Positions 37,125 to 44,612 of a stretch of DNA of 64,000 nucleotides are shown here, piece after piece. The number at the start of each line of letters is the position of its first letter. Within the stretch, counting starts at the first letter, position 1. The notes below the pieces were generated by a model. The model was not told the origin of the DNA and searched no databases. It saw nothing but the letters and a program-made list of their open reading frames with translations. Origin of the DNA: a virus (Duplodnaviria; Caudoviricetes); IMG/VR virus record IMGVR_UViG_3300024259_000011. One strand, given 5' to 3'. The translations under genes and the position numbers were made by a program.

Positions 37125-37727
37125 CTACGCTAGCAGTTCGATAAGCTGTGACTTCTTAAGCTTAGAATAGCCTTTGGCGCCACTGTCCTTTGCCATCGCC
37201 TTGAGTTGATCAACCGTCATATTCGACAGGTCAAAGGTACCTTTGATACCCTCCGCGTCGTCATCATCCGGATTGATATCAACCACTTCAATCTCAAAAC
37301 TGAGATCCTTGCCGGCTAGCGGATGGTTGAGATCCAACGTCACATCAGTGTCCGTGAAAGACGCAACCTTAGCGAACAGAGGACGACCATCTGCGGTGGT
37401 TCCCTGAACAGGTGCGCCTTCAAAGAACTGATAATCAGAAGGAAACTGGTCCCGCTGAACAGTGCTGAATGCCTCTGGGTTTGTCGGACCATACGCATCG
37501 TCAGATGCGATGCTAATCGTCTTTGTTTGACCTTCAGTCATTCCAATCAATGCGGATTCAAATCCTTTGATTAGTTGACCAGAGCCAACGACAACGGGTA
37601 GCGGCTGTCCGCGCTCGTATGAGCTATCGAACACATTACCGTCCGTAAAGCTACCCTTATAATGAAGTAGAACACCGTCGCCGGTGACTACCTTCTGCTT
37701 CTTTGTGTTTGCCATTTTTTTCTCCAT
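37125..37727 (-). CDS. slyD: SlyD-like FKBP peptidyl-prolyl isomerase with C-terminal Rho N-terminal-like domain
   Basis: LHYKG...FDSS, GQLIKGFE.AL and DLNHPLAGKDLSFEIEV; tail MTVDQLKAMAKDSGAKGYSKLKKSQLIELL. Confidence 0.85.
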   Translation of the reverse strand: MEKKMANTKKQKVVTGDGVLLHYKGSFTDGNVFDSSYERGQPLPVVVGSGQLIKGFESALIGMTEGQTKTISIASDDAYGPTNPEAFSTVQRDQFPSDYQFFEGAPVQGTTADGRPLFAKVASFTDTDVTLDLNHPLAGKDLSFEIEVVDINPDDDDAEGIKGTFDLSNMTVDQLKAMAKDSGAKGYSKLKKSQLIELLA

Positions 37728-37764
37728 GGTTTTTATTTTGCGCTTTTAACGCTCTTGTACAAGA

Positions 37765-38136
37765 TGGTGGAGGCGGCGGGAATCGAACCCGCGTCCAGAA
37801 TAAGTCTAATTGTAGTCGTTCACAAGTTTATTCAGTTTTGGTGCAACGAAACTGAAAAAGTTGACTATCTTGATCTGATCCCACCGTTGCCGGCGATAGC
37901 CTTTGAATCAGATATGGTTTGGTGGTTTTAAGATACCGCTTACCACCCTGTTGCAGCATCTACTCAAATTGGATAGAAGGTTTTGAGTGACCTCCCGATT
38001 AAGCCGCTAGGCGTACAGAATCGAAGTGGTTATTGTTATTAGCAATTATGTTTTGTATCTGCGTTTAAAGTCTGCTGGTACGTTTGACTACTTGCACTTT
38101 TCCTCTTTCCTACCCTGTCGAAACCGGGGCGCCCCC
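37765..38136 (-). ncRNA. ssrA: tmRNA, tag ANNNNHFDSVRLAA
   Basis: 5' GGGGGCG..TTCGAC; 3' GGTTCGATTCCCGCCGCCTCCACCA; G3-U70 pair; ATAATT before the GCT resume codon; tag ORF at 37999-38043. Confidence 0.93.
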
Positions 38137-38376
38137 GTTAGGTTTTTTCTTCTTACTTCGCTTTGTTATTTTCTTGGTGATCACGCCAAGTGGCTTTCCG
38201 CCTTCACCGTCAAGCCAAATGACGATCTCATCTTTTCTATCTATCTCCGACCGCACCGCTGTGAGATATTTAATCTCTTTCTTCGCTTTTTTTAGGGCTG
38301 CAGCTTCCGTGGTGTGGCTACTAATTAGCTCACCTTGAATATAATGCCCATCCCATTTCCAGACTTTCCAGCTCAT
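38110..38376 (-). CDS. Hypothetical basic protein
   Basis: 88-aa ORF whose last codons overlap the tmRNA 5' end. Confidence 0.6.
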   Translation of the reverse strand: MSWKVWKWDGHYIQGELISSHTTEAAALKKAKKEIKYLTAVRSEIDRKDEIVIWLDGEGGKPLGVITKKITKRSKKKKPNGGAPVSTG

Positions 38377-38407
38377 ATGTTCTTTAAAATATCTTAGTCT
38401 TATATAG

Positions 38408-38617
38408 ACTCAAGAGAAGATTGTTGGCGCTCCTCGCGACCAACTTACCAGCCTAACTTCTACTGCTGTTCCTTCAAAATGGATATCCCATGTCATAGGG
38501 AGTACGTCTGGAACTACTTTGAAACAGCAAGGTTCGTTTTAGACATTGAACCGACAACCTTTATATTGTTAAACCCTCTAGAGAGCCGGTCGCAATTACG
38601 ACCAGTATATATTGAGT
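38408..38617 (-). ncRNA. Candidate rod-shaped ncRNA of about 210 nt (6S-like proportions)
   Basis: Nested long-range helices found by eye; no long minus-strand ORF; extended -10 upstream. Confidence 0.5.
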
Positions 38618-38654
38618 TTTCGCATAGCCACTCCTGTCTTTATTTTGTTTCTCT

Positions 38655-38663
38655 ATTATAACA
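38655..38663 (-). promoter_or_regulatory. Extended -10 promoter (TGnTATAAT)
   Basis: TGTTATAAT with no recognisable -35. Confidence 0.5.
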
Positions 38664-38665
38664 CA

Positions 38666-38998
38666 CTATTCTGAAAAAAACGAGTCCGTTTTATATATTT
38701 TTAGATTTTTATTTAGTTCTGCCACTGTGATACCCAAAAATCTTGCTGCCTCTTTCTTTGACCGAGTGGCTGAGAGAGCATATTTAAGTACTGCATCTCT
38801 AGTAAGTTCTGGTAGAGATTTCCAGATAGGGAAACCATAGAATTTCCCTCTGAGAGATCTAGTAGAGAGTTCAAGCTTGAGAGCAATCACTTCTTCTAGT
38901 GTTAATGAATTGATCATTATTTCAAATTCATCACTTATCTTCTTGTCTTTCTGAAGTTTCTTTGATATACTGTATGTATGATTTTTACCTACTTTCAT
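38666..38998 (-). CDS. Fis-like helix-turn-helix protein
   Basis: AVLKYALSATRSKKEAARFLGI resembles the HTH_8 pattern. Confidence 0.65.
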   Translation of the reverse strand: MKVGKNHTYSISKKLQKDKKISDEFEIMINSLTLEEVIALKLELSTRSLRGKFYGFPIWKSLPELTRDAVLKYALSATRSKKEAARFLGITVAELNKNLKIYKTDSFFSE

Positions 38999-39046
38999 AT
39001 TTCCTTCTTAAGTTAGAATATCAAGTAAGAGTAATTTAGTAATTAT

Positions 39047-39075
39047 AATATACCACCAAACGGAGGTCTTGTCAA
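39047..39075 (-). promoter_or_regulatory. Sigma70-type promoter
   Basis: TTGACA-N17-TATATT. Confidence 0.75.
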
Positions 39076-39123
39076 GGGGGAAATGAAAGAAAGATCGATC
39101 TTTTCACAAAACTTTTACAAGTA

Positions 39124-39387
39124 CTACCAATTTTCTTGTGGATTGGTCCCGGGCTTTTGCGCCCAGACCGCTTTATTGACGGTGAGTTGATACCATCCTT
39201 CCAACATTCTAACGTTAACTTCCCAGTCGTTTCCCAAGGTCTGACGAAGCTCTTCGGCTTCTGATTCTTTTTGAGCGCGCAGGTTTTTCTGTCGTGCCAG
39301 TTTGTCATCATGCGCTCTCTGCTTACCAGAGATTTCGTTAAGCTCTTCTTTAATAATCTGTTTAAGTTGTGATTGTGAAATTTTCAT
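39124..39387 (-). CDS. Small protein with LKQIIKEE helix
   Basis: Starts MKISQSQLKQIIKEELNE; ATGA coupling. Confidence 0.7.
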   Translation of the reverse strand: MKISQSQLKQIIKEELNEISGKQRAHDDKLARQKNLRAQKESEAEELRQTLGNDWEVNVRMLEGWYQLTVNKAVWAQKPGTNPQENW

Positions 39388-39521
39388 AAGTATACTCCTA
39401 CAATGTATCCGAGAATCATGCCTTTGATTGCAGAGATCCACAGAAGCTGGTAGTTCGATAGATTACAGTAGTCTGCTACACATTGAATCCTGTCTTTGTG
39501 CCATTGTACAAAATGATCCAT
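39384..39521 (-). CDS. 45-aa membrane peptide
   Basis: Hand-translated MDHFVQWHKDRIQ...LSNYQLLWISAIKGMILGYIVGVYL; coupled on both sides. Confidence 0.6.
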   Translation of the reverse strand: MDHFVQWHKDRIQCVADYCNLSNYQLLWISAIKGMILGYIVGVYL

Positions 39522-40393
39522 TATAAACCTCCGAAGTCCATCTCTTCTTCTCCGCCCAATCCCATTTCTTCTTCGCCGCCCAGTTCAGCCTCAGCGCCTT
39601 TCTCCTGTTCGTACTCGGGAGTCGTAGGTTCTTCGGGAGTTCCTTCAAGTTCTGATTCCCATGTGTCAAAATACAGTTTGAGGTTAGTAATCAAATAATC
39701 GTAATATTGTTTTCTGTCTTCTTCAGAGCCAAGCTTTGCGTATGGCTCGATGACATTCTTAGAAACTTTGTTCCATGCGTCAAGAGCATAGTTGCGACCG
39801 GTCTTGTCCATCTCGCCAACGCCTGCACCGAACTCTTCTCTTTCAGACTCTAGTGGGTCCGCCTCTTCTGGTTCTTCGCCCAGCTTTAATGCGTCAAGTC
39901 CATTAGCTTCATCTTCAACCTCTTCTTCAGAATCATCACCCATTGCAAGCTCTGTTTCTATAAGGCTGTTTAACGCTTCTGCTAGCTCTTCTAAGCCGCT
40001 TTCGGCGCCCATGGCGATACCAGTGTCCTCGCCACCTTCAGTGGCGTTAGGAAGCCCTGCAGCGCGCTCCACGCCAAGAGCTTTAATAGCTGCGTTGATG
40101 ATATGGGAACGAAAGGATTTCCTCTGTTCTGCAGAAGTCGTGAGAGTCTTAAACTCTGTTTCAAGTTCTGATAAAGTGTTTGTATTAAGAAGCATGTTGT
40201 CAAGGGCATTACCACCCGTGTTCAAAGATGGACCTTCTGTATTAGAATCTTTTTCATTGAGGATAGTGCGAATAATATTACGCAGCTTAGTTTCCTCTGT
40301 CAAGTTTTTTTGACGTTTGCTTTGAACAAGGCGGATAGCTTTGCGAACGTTCTCGCGCAGGATTATCTCATTATAAAAATCAATGCGGTTCAT
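39521..40393 (-). CDS. Acidic putative prohead core/scaffold protein
   Basis: LRENVRKAI and LRNIIRTILNE helices; Glu-rich spacers. Confidence 0.5.
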   Translation of the reverse strand: MNRIDFYNEIILRENVRKAIRLVQSKRQKNLTEETKLRNIIRTILNEKDSNTEGPSLNTGGNALDNMLLNTNTLSELETEFKTLTTSAEQRKSFRSHIINAAIKALGVERAAGLPNATEGGEDTGIAMGAESGLEELAEALNSLIETELAMGDDSEEEVEDEANGLDALKLGEEPEEADPLESEREEFGAGVGEMDKTGRNYALDAWNKVSKNVIEPYAKLGSEEDRKQYYDYLITNLKLYFDTWESELEGTPEEPTTPEYEQEKGAEAELGGEEEMGLGGEEEMDFGGL

Positions 40394-40752
40394 TATATTT
40401 CTCCACGCTCAATTTTCGCCCATAGATTTTGCATCTGAGCACTTGTTACAGATCCCGACTTATCTGCCCCAGCCGGACGAGGTTCTTCTGGTCCCGTGCG
40501 CGAAAGCCCGCCATCCACATCACCACCGCCTTGCTCAAACTTGGCAATCCAGCGAAGTGCATACTGCAGCTTCTCTGAAGGCTTGCTGCCGGGGAGATTG
40601 GAATCTGCAAGGAACTCAAACAAAGCGTAGTATGCTTCTGCGCCGGCTGTTTGCTCTTCGTCAGACAAAGGTTCAATATCAATTGACCCGCCTGTAAACC
40701 GACCTTCTGTGAAACGGTTAAAATTCTCTAATAATGTTTTCATGTCACTCAT
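40393..40752 (-). CDS. Small protein with N-terminal ENF tag
   Basis: MSDMKTLLENFNRFTEG. Confidence 0.7.
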   Translation of the reverse strand: MSDMKTLLENFNRFTEGRFTGGSIDIEPLSDEEQTAGAEAYYALFEFLADSNLPGSKPSEKLQYALRWIAKFEQGGGDVDGGLSRTGPEEPRPAGADKSGSVTSAQMQNLWAKIERGEI

Positions 40753-40755
40753 ATC

Positions 40756-40765
40756 TATAAATAGT
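40756..40765 (-). promoter_or_regulatory. ACTATTTATA motif (putative late promoter)
   Basis: 3 nt upstream of ATG 40752. Confidence 0.55.
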
Positions 40766-40768
40766 CCT

Positions 40769-43045
40769 TTATTCCCCTAAAGCGACGTTTGCGCCGCTTC
40801 GTTTTTTTGCCATGGTTTCGATCTCATCGCCTTCTTCATAGTACGGCGCTCGCTCTACAGGATCTAACGACAGTGCCGCTGGACCCCATGCAAGATCTGC
40901 CATATTCTCTTCAATCTCTTCATCATCTTCACGGATCAATGTATCTGCTTCTTTCTTTTTCTTTTTGCTAGCTGGTCCTTCAACCGCACCACCTGCCATT
41001 GCCGAGATCTCATCCATGGTCTCTTCGATTAATCTCATAAGAGTTTCAGCAATCTGTGCTTGCTCGGGATCGCTCATAGCAACTTGGGCGCCCATCATAT
41101 TAATAACTTCTTTGGCTTGACCTCTAATGGCTTGTGGTAAGAACTCGGCAACAGTCTGAACATCGCCTTCTTCAACAGCATTGCGGAAATCAGTTGCGCT
41201 AAGATCAACGGTCGTTACTTTCTCTTCGCCAGTTTCGGGATCGACTTCTACTACTTGACGTGTAAAGTCTTTTCCATCAACATTGACTGCATATTGTTCA
41301 CCAGCTAAGACACGCACACCGTCTCTGGCGTACTGTTGTACGCTGCCAGCAAAACGTGAATGATCACCCCCTTTTGTGCTGACTCCAAGTATTACATGGT
41401 CGCCCGGTTGTGCTTTTTGTGGGTCGTTGTCTTCGTTGCCCACAAAATCGTAGGTCATCCTAACTGGTGAATTCACTGAAGAGATACTAACCTTTACAGT
41501 ATCCGTTAAGCCGTAAGCTTCAACATACTTGTTCCAAAGGTTCATAGAGTGTTCAGACGTAAAGTCAATTGGTTCTGCAAACTCCCCGTCGCTTTTGCGA
41601 CTGAGGGGCGAAACATAAACTTTTACTTCATCTGCCATTACAGCATATTGCCGTACCATAGCGAAGTGTCCTCTGTGTGGTAGCTTAAACGCGCCGGGAA
41701 CAATCGCGACGATTCTTCGTCTTGCTGTTGCCTCGTCAAGTCTATCGATGGCTTCCACATCTCCTCTTCCGTATCTAAATAATCCTAAAATCTGATTGAT
41801 AGGTGCAAAGTTACCAGTGAACTTATACATCTGTCCGTTCCAAGTAAACACAAAGCCTTCGACTGCAGTATTAACGTTGTCGTGGCTCTTGAGCTTCTTG
41901 AGTTGTCTTATTAAAATCTCATGGGCTTCATCTTTGCCCGGTCCATCATAAGTTTGAATCTTATCAATAGCTGTGGCGACCTCATCACGTAGTCTGCCCA
42001 ACTCATTTCCATTGTCAAGAATATATGCACTTTCCAAACCCTTCAGCATTTCTACAGCGAAGTCATGGATGGCATCTTCAATTGGTTCGATGATTTCACC
42101 AAGAAGTCTCTTCTTATTATTCTTTTCGAGTAACTGGGACAGTGCTGCAACTTCTTGCTCATCTCTGAGCATCTTGCGCACTTTGCGAATATTCACTCGA
42201 CCCTTTACAGCTTTGAAGTGATCAATAATATGTCCAATCACTTCTTTGTTTGCACTCGGTACTGCTCTCTTGATAATAGGAGTCAGTTTCATATCTGTGT
42301 ATTGACCAATGGTCATGTTACCGCTGAACCCTGCGTGGTTCATGCGACGTAGAGTGTCCTCAAGGATGCTACGGTCTGAAAGCGCCTGTAACTGCAATGT
42401 AGCCGTCTTACGCACAGAGAAGGGTTCGTCTGCAGTCGCTTCTTCAAAGCGGTCCAGAACGTCATCCAGCGCCTGTGAGACACGCTCTACATCTGAGTCC
42501 TTAACATTGACAACAGTATCGCTTTCTTCGATATACTGTTTGTGACCAGAGGAATGAATTGATAAAACATTCGCATCATAGTTAACAACGTTAGAAGCGC
42601 CCGGTCCTTGAATCTCTGTGTTCAAGAATATGGGAGCCTCTGAGCCAAAGAGCATTTGTTGCTCTTCCGGCGTTAAGGATCTTACAGCCTTTTCAAAGGC
42701 GCGGAAGGATGCAGTGTAAACTCTCTTGACACCCTCGCCGCCCTTGAATACACGCGCAGCAAGGTCAGCAGTATTACTGCCTCCCTTACGCATGTCGCCT
42801 TTATTACGAGCGTAACGAGCTTCGCCATCAACATAACTGAGATAGATGTTATAGCCATCTGTTTTTTCGGTCCCTATCAATTCACCACGCGCAGCGGTGC
42901 TAAGGATCTCCTCCATGTCTGAATAGGAGAGATCGGGATTGTCATACAGGTGAGCCAAGTGCCCAGCAACACCACCTTCTAACAGGAGGTGCTTGCCACG
43001 CTTTTGTGCTTCTCTCAGTAATTTGTTGTAAAGCTTATCATTCAT
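40769..43045 (-). CDS. Ligase-like nucleotidyltransferase domain fused to a HIGH-family nucleotidyltransferase
   Basis: EGGVAGHLAH, TEKTDG, EGFVF...YKFTG in the N-half; PGAFKLPHRGH and LSATDFR in the C-half. Resembles the cytidyltransferase gene of T4-like marine phages. Confidence 0.75.
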   Translation of the reverse strand: MNDKLYNKLLREAQKRGKHLLLEGGVAGHLAHLYDNPDLSYSDMEEILSTAARGELIGTEKTDGYNIYLSYVDGEARYARNKGDMRKGGSNTADLAARVFKGGEGVKRVYTASFRAFEKAVRSLTPEEQQMLFGSEAPIFLNTEIQGPGASNVVNYDANVLSIHSSGHKQYIEESDTVVNVKDSDVERVSQALDDVLDRFEEATADEPFSVRKTATLQLQALSDRSILEDTLRRMNHAGFSGNMTIGQYTDMKLTPIIKRAVPSANKEVIGHIIDHFKAVKGRVNIRKVRKMLRDEQEVAALSQLLEKNNKKRLLGEIIEPIEDAIHDFAVEMLKGLESAYILDNGNELGRLRDEVATAIDKIQTYDGPGKDEAHEILIRQLKKLKSHDNVNTAVEGFVFTWNGQMYKFTGNFAPINQILGLFRYGRGDVEAIDRLDEATARRRIVAIVPGAFKLPHRGHFAMVRQYAVMADEVKVYVSPLSRKSDGEFAEPIDFTSEHSMNLWNKYVEAYGLTDTVKVSISSVNSPVRMTYDFVGNEDNDPQKAQPGDHVILGVSTKGGDHSRFAGSVQQYARDGVRVLAGEQYAVNVDGKDFTRQVVEVDPETGEEKVTTVDLSATDFRNAVEEGDVQTVAEFLPQAIRGQAKEVINMMGAQVAMSDPEQAQIAETLMRLIEETMDEISAMAGGAVEGPASKKKKKEADTLIREDDEEIEENMADLAWGPAALSLDPVERAPYYEEGDEIETMAKKRSGANVALGE

Positions 43046-43292
43046 TACTACCCTTTCCTTCTTCTAAAACTTGTAGTTTTTCTTGAAGAAGGGTAACTTC
43101 GTTTTGTAACCTACGAACCGAACGGCGAATCTCTCTGAGATGCGACTTGGCAATCTCTACTCGGCGTTCATCAGTTCTGGTGTTTGGGCGAAGCTTCCCG
43201 ATAACCTCTTCAAGAGATTGAATAAAACTAGCGACAGACGGACCTTGACCTTCAGTCAAAAACCGTCTTGTCATCTTGTCAAAATCAATCAT
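43038..43292 (-). CDS. Small coiled-coil protein
   Basis: Start at MIDFDKMTRRFLTEG, a variant of the N-terminal tag. Confidence 0.6.
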   Translation of the reverse strand: MIDFDKMTRRFLTEGQGPSVASFIQSLEEVIGKLRPNTRTDERRVEIAKSHLREIRRSVRRLQNEVTLLQEKLQVLEEGKGSNE

Positions 43293-43293
43293 T

Positions 43294-43515
43294 TTACGAT
43301 GCATCGGTAATGACCTTCTTAGCCTTTGTCTTCTTTGTAGTCGTAGTCTTCTTAGTTGTAATCGTCTTGCCAGTTCCAATGCCATCAGTTGTACCCGTGG
43401 TAGTAGTGGTGGTAGTGGTTGTGGTATCTGAAATATTTTCAATAATCGTATCCACTTTGGCAGCCGCTGCATCAATCTGTGCCATCAGCCTACGTCGTTT
43501 CCATGTCTTACCCAT
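43294..43515 (-). CDS. Thr/Lys-rich low-complexity protein
   Basis: MGKTWKRRRL..., poly-Thr, TKKT tail; TAATG coupling. Confidence 0.55.
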   Translation of the reverse strand: MGKTWKRRRLMAQIDAAAAKVDTIIENISDTTTTTTTTTTGTTDGIGTGKTITTKKTTTTKKTKAKKVITDAS

Positions 43516-44612
43516 TATTTCGCCCACCTTTTAATAAGCCTTTCGTACAACTTCTCTTGCCGGCGCTGGAAAGTCTCTTGAAGATCGTCGGTGTCTTCCT
43601 CATCATCTTCTGCTTCCTCAATAGTCCCGGCTGAACGATGCTTACTAACATCGGGGGATGAACTTTCGTCCAACTCGACGCACTTGCCGGCAACCATCTT
43701 CTTGCCTTGCTTTTCGCACTGCTGTTTTGCACGGTCACCACCTAGACGACTGCCCTTAGCAGCTTCATCAACGGTTTCCTCGTCTTCGTCTTGGCTTTCC
43801 TTTACGGCTTCTTTAGACCCGCACTTGACTTGGGCGCCGGCTTTATCATAGCACTTCTGGCTGGTCTTGGGATCGCGGTGAGGTGGTGCCTTTCCGCCGG
43901 CGTATGCCTCATCAACGGTCTCCTCATCTTCACCTTCTTCTAGGTTCTGACCGGGACTGCCATCGGAAGCGTTGCCCTGACGGTGACCCTGTTGGTTGTT
44001 GTCACGGGAATCCTTGCGGTCGCCCTGACCTTCTTCTTGGACATCCTCTTCTTCCTCTTCTTCGTTAACGGCACCACCGGTTGTGATGGTAGCGTTCTTC
44101 ATGATCTCAGCAACAATGCTTTTGACCAGTTTTTCATGTTCAGACATGGTAATATACTCCTTGTTAATATAATTAGTTTCATGCAAATTGTTACGCCTTT
44201 TTGATTTGTACTGGTCTTCCCAGTCTCTCATAACCATGGATGCGTAAGCTTCCTGTTCCATTTTTCTTAAGTGTCCGTCCGTCTGCGCGTAGCCATCTCC
44301 CGTCTCTCCCATCTTTTCTGGAGAGAGGTCGCCTCGGCAGTTCTGCGTGTGATGAACCAACTCATGCGCCAATGAGCGCAATAAATCTTTTGGGTGTCGC
44401 CCATCTACATAGAGGGTGACTGTATAATTATCAGGTTGATAGTGAGCGGTCTTACCCAGCGGATCATCAGCGTTGCTATCATCAGATGCATATACAATTT
44501 GAGCCGGCTTATCAAATCCTAAATACTCTTGGGCATAGGGATAGAAACGCTTCACCATATTGGTTAAAGCGGACATATCTTGCCCGGAGTCATTTTGGAT
44601 ATCGCAACTCAT
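43515..44612 (-). CDS. Zincin-like domain plus long acidic tail
   Basis: LLRSLAHELVHHTQ and EQEAY; tail punctuated by VNE, VQE, LEE, VDE and LQE. Confidence 0.7.
   Translation of the reverse strand: MSCDIQNDSGQDMSALTNMVKRFYPYAQEYLGFDKPAQIVYASDDSNADDPLGKTAHYQPDNYTVTLYVDGRHPKDLLRSLAHELVHHTQNCRGDLSPEKMGETGDGYAQTDGHLRKMEQEAYASMVMRDWEDQYKSKRRNNLHETNYINKEYITMSEHEKLVKSIVAEIMKNATITTGGAVNEEEEEEDVQEEGQGDRKDSRDNNQQGHRQGNASDGSPGQNLEEGEDEETVDEAYAGGKAPPHRDPKTSQKCYDKAGAQVKCGSKEAVKESQDEDEETVDEAAKGSRLGGDRAKQQCEKQGKKMVAGKCVELDESSSPDVSKHRSAGTIEEAEDDEEDTDDLQETFQRRQEKLYERLIKRWAK

Noticed and set aside
38390-38650. RNase P RNA
   Set aside because: AGAAGTTAGGCT loosely resembles CR-V, but there is no GAGGAAAGUCC (CR-I) partner to form P4.
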